A stretch of 63,991 nucleotides of DNA, filler included, from Ionaspis alba (lineage: Eukaryota): NCBI GenBank assembly GCA_964255285.1. It is 3 parts of 3 records of this genome, joined end to end, with 100 filler letters (N's around TTAATTAATTAA, not from the genome) between each part and the next. Parts side by side here need not be neighbours in the genome. Positions count along the whole stretch, not along the records: positions 45,443 to 63,991 come from CAXUUL010000288.1; 2 more parts are not named here. The stretch is one strand, 5' to 3'. The position numbers were made by a program, and so were the translations under genes. This document shows, in pieces, positions 61,901 to 63,991 of the stretch. The first letter of the stretch is position 1, and every line of letters starts with the position of its first letter. The notes beneath the pieces are model-generated. The model was not told the origin of the DNA. It worked only from the letters and a program-made list of their open reading frames with translations, and did not search any database.

Positions 61901-63202
61901 AATCCAGAGCCACCCACATCCCAGCTAGTAAATAGTCTCTCGCCCATTGCCCTTCCTTCCCACCCCTCCCCTCCTCCATACCCTTACTCGTTCCTCCAAA
62001 CCCTCTCCACTCACGCCAATCGAGATCCCGGCACGGCAGAGCAAAAGTAGGTGGAATCATCCATCAACCACATCTCTCTTTGGGGCCCAGCTGCTTCTCC
62101 CTCGCTTTCTCGCCAAAGACCCGCATCCAGCCCCCAGGGACCGCCATCCGCCCTCTAATTGCGCCAGGCCCGACGAGCTTAACAAAGGGATCGACACTCC
62201 ACATTCCCATTCTCTCCAACCTTTCGGACCTCACAGTTGCTCTGCTCTGCGTAACGGTAGAGAGTCTCCGAGCCTTCGAGCGAGAGGACACTGGAGCTCT
62301 AGCCCAATAATTTGTGGTTGTCCAGCTTTGACTCTTGTTGTCCGACCATCATAATTAATTTGTATCTATCTGTCGAGTCATTACTACTGTTGTTGTTGCT
62401 GTCGTTCTTCTACCTGCTTGCTGCCCCTCCATTGCGATCGCTACTATCACGATTGACGACCACACCAAGTCGGAGCTTATTCTCCACTCTCGGACCAGGA
62501 AATCATCCCAGACCGAGCTCTAGAACCTTGGTGACCTTTGCCAGCACATCCTCCATCAACTGTCACATATTATCGTCGAGCTTGCACCAGACAATACCTA
62601 CAGCTCTACCCTCCTAATATCAGCCTAATCACCCAAGATAATCAGTCACTCTACGAGGTCCTGAGTAATCGCCATATCACGATCGACATATACGAATCTC
62701 AAAGCAGCTATCGAGAATTGACTCCAAGGTACAAAGATCTGTATCTTGACCGAATCTTGGCTTCGAAGGAGAGCCTCAAACAGCGAGACAACAAAGGAGC
62801 GCAGGTCACGACTTGTTGTGTACCATCAACAAAGGAACTCGAGAAAGACTATTGCAAGTCTGACGAGTTCGAACGAGATCTTAATTCCACATTCATCACG
62901 AGATCTTCACGACGGCGACCCTTTTCCAGCCTCAGACGGCGGATTACTTTCGATTGCCGAGTCTCAGATCACCGTTGAGTCCATTCAACGACTCGTTATA
63001 CAACCCGACGCCAGCACTGGCCTCGAAGTACAAATTGCCCTCCCTGGATTATTCACAAACGCAGGCCGGTCAATACTGGCCTGGCGCAACGACGTCGTCC
63101 ACTTCCGTCGTGCTTCAGAATCCAAGCAACCTGCCGACTCCCCCAACCACAGAGACAGACACATTCAAACCACAAACTCAGCAGCGCCAAGAAATCTATA
63201 AC

Positions 63203-63991
63203 ATGACTGCTGTTATGCAGCAACCTGGCATGATTTCGAATCTGGAGCCGCTGAGTGCTCCTCAGCCGAGCTTCACAGCTCGAAAACCTGCAGCAGCGCA
63301 ACTTCCCGAATTCCAACTCCCTCCTCCTCCTCATTCAGGAAAGTACCCTCCGCTCTCGACCATAAATATAAATCCCCAACCACCGGGAGGAATCAATAAT
63401 CTCCTCACACCACCTTCCAATGTTCCCGGTGATGTCATGAGCCCGATGTCAACAGGTACCAATAGCTCGAATAACAACACAGTAGCCAGCCAAGGTCAAC
63501 CACCATTCACACCAAATGGTTACTGGCCTTCAGGAGCTGGTACCGGTCTGACACCGTTCGCCTTTGGTAGTGGTACAGGCAATACTCCCCCAACATGGGG
63601 TCAAAACAGCTCCTTCAACCTCTTCCCTCCACCTCGCGGGCTCTTCTCGCCTTCTCTCGGCTCCATGATGCGCAATAGCACCAACTCTCCCACAGCCAGC
63701 GACGGACTCCCACCACCCCCATACGATCTCAATCAACTCCCTCCCTTCCCTACTTCAACGCCAATGTCCGCACCACAAAACCTACCTGCGCTCGTCGCAC
63801 AACAACAGCAGCAGCAGCAGCAACAACAACAAGCCCAAACCCTCAACTACATCACCTCGCAATCCTCCGTCCAAGCACCGACCTCGCAATCCTCGCCCAT
63901 CAATGCCACAGACGCCTACATGCATCAACAAAACCAGCAACAGCAACAGCAGCAACAGCAGCAACGAGCCCCCCCAACACCCACCTCCTAC
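63203..63991 (+). CDS. N-terminal part of a Pro/Gln/Ser-rich protein, probably a transcription factor (runs off the window)
   Basis: Open frame not in the ORF track (no stop before the window end): MTAVMQQPGMISNLEPLSAPQPSFTARKPAAAQLPEFQLPPPP..NNLLTPP..LPPPPYD..polyQ; long upstream region with no recognisable gene. No DNA-binding domain is visible inside the window. Confidence 0.75.
   Translation, partial: MTAVMQQPGMISNLEPLSAPQPSFTARKPAAAQLPEFQLPPPPHSGKYPPLSTININPQPPGGINNLLTPPSNVPGDVMSPMSTGTNSSNNNTVASQGQPPFTPNGYWPSGAGTGLTPFAFGSGTGNTPPTWGQNSSFNLFPPPRGLFSPSLGSMMRNSTNSPTASDGLPPPPYDLNQLPPFPTSTPMSAPQNLPALVAQQQQQQQQQQQAQTLNYITSQSSVQAPTSQSSPINATDAYMHQQNQQQQQQQQQQRAPPTPTSY
63799..63965 (+). repeat. 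Two CAG/CAA polyglutamine-coding tracts
   Basis: CAA/CAG runs at ~63799-63831 and ~63935-63965, in frame with the 63203 ORF. Confidence 0.85.

Noticed and set aside
1..63991. tRNA, rRNA or CRISPR-like arrays; antisense ORFs overlapping the main genes
   Set aside because: No cloverleaf, rRNA or repeat-spacer pattern seen by eye; antisense ORFs are shadows of real coding frames.

Overview
Intron-rich eukaryotic DNA from a filamentous ascomycete (inferred from short GT-AG introns with CTAAC/CTGAC branch sites and from the gene content). It has five 100-nt assembly gaps, two containing a TTAATTAATTAA linker. Conserved genes: NSA2, MPS1, PRP4, PTC7, YOS9, JAC1, ABCB and ABCC transporters, VPS18, a peroxisomal acyl-CoA dehydrogenase, SPO12, UBP6, ARC19, a qRRM-like protein and the start of a Pro/Gln-rich probable transcription factor. 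Accessory material: a NACHT/NLR-like gene, a TA-flanked MITE-like inverted repeat, an SDR/orphan/atypical-kinase block, two tandem paralogous 6-Cys secreted proteins of a family I do not recognise, a 90-aa MGNCFS (dual-acylation) orphan, and a divergent pair made of a cryptic spliced Cys-rich secreted peptide and a secreted NucA/NucB-type nuclease. Splicing oddities: a GC-AG intron and ATG-only first coding exon in NSA2, and a PRP4 gene whose unspliced pre-mRNA stays in frame and whose first intron carries a stem. All gene models were spliced by eye and family calls come from recalled motifs, not database searches.
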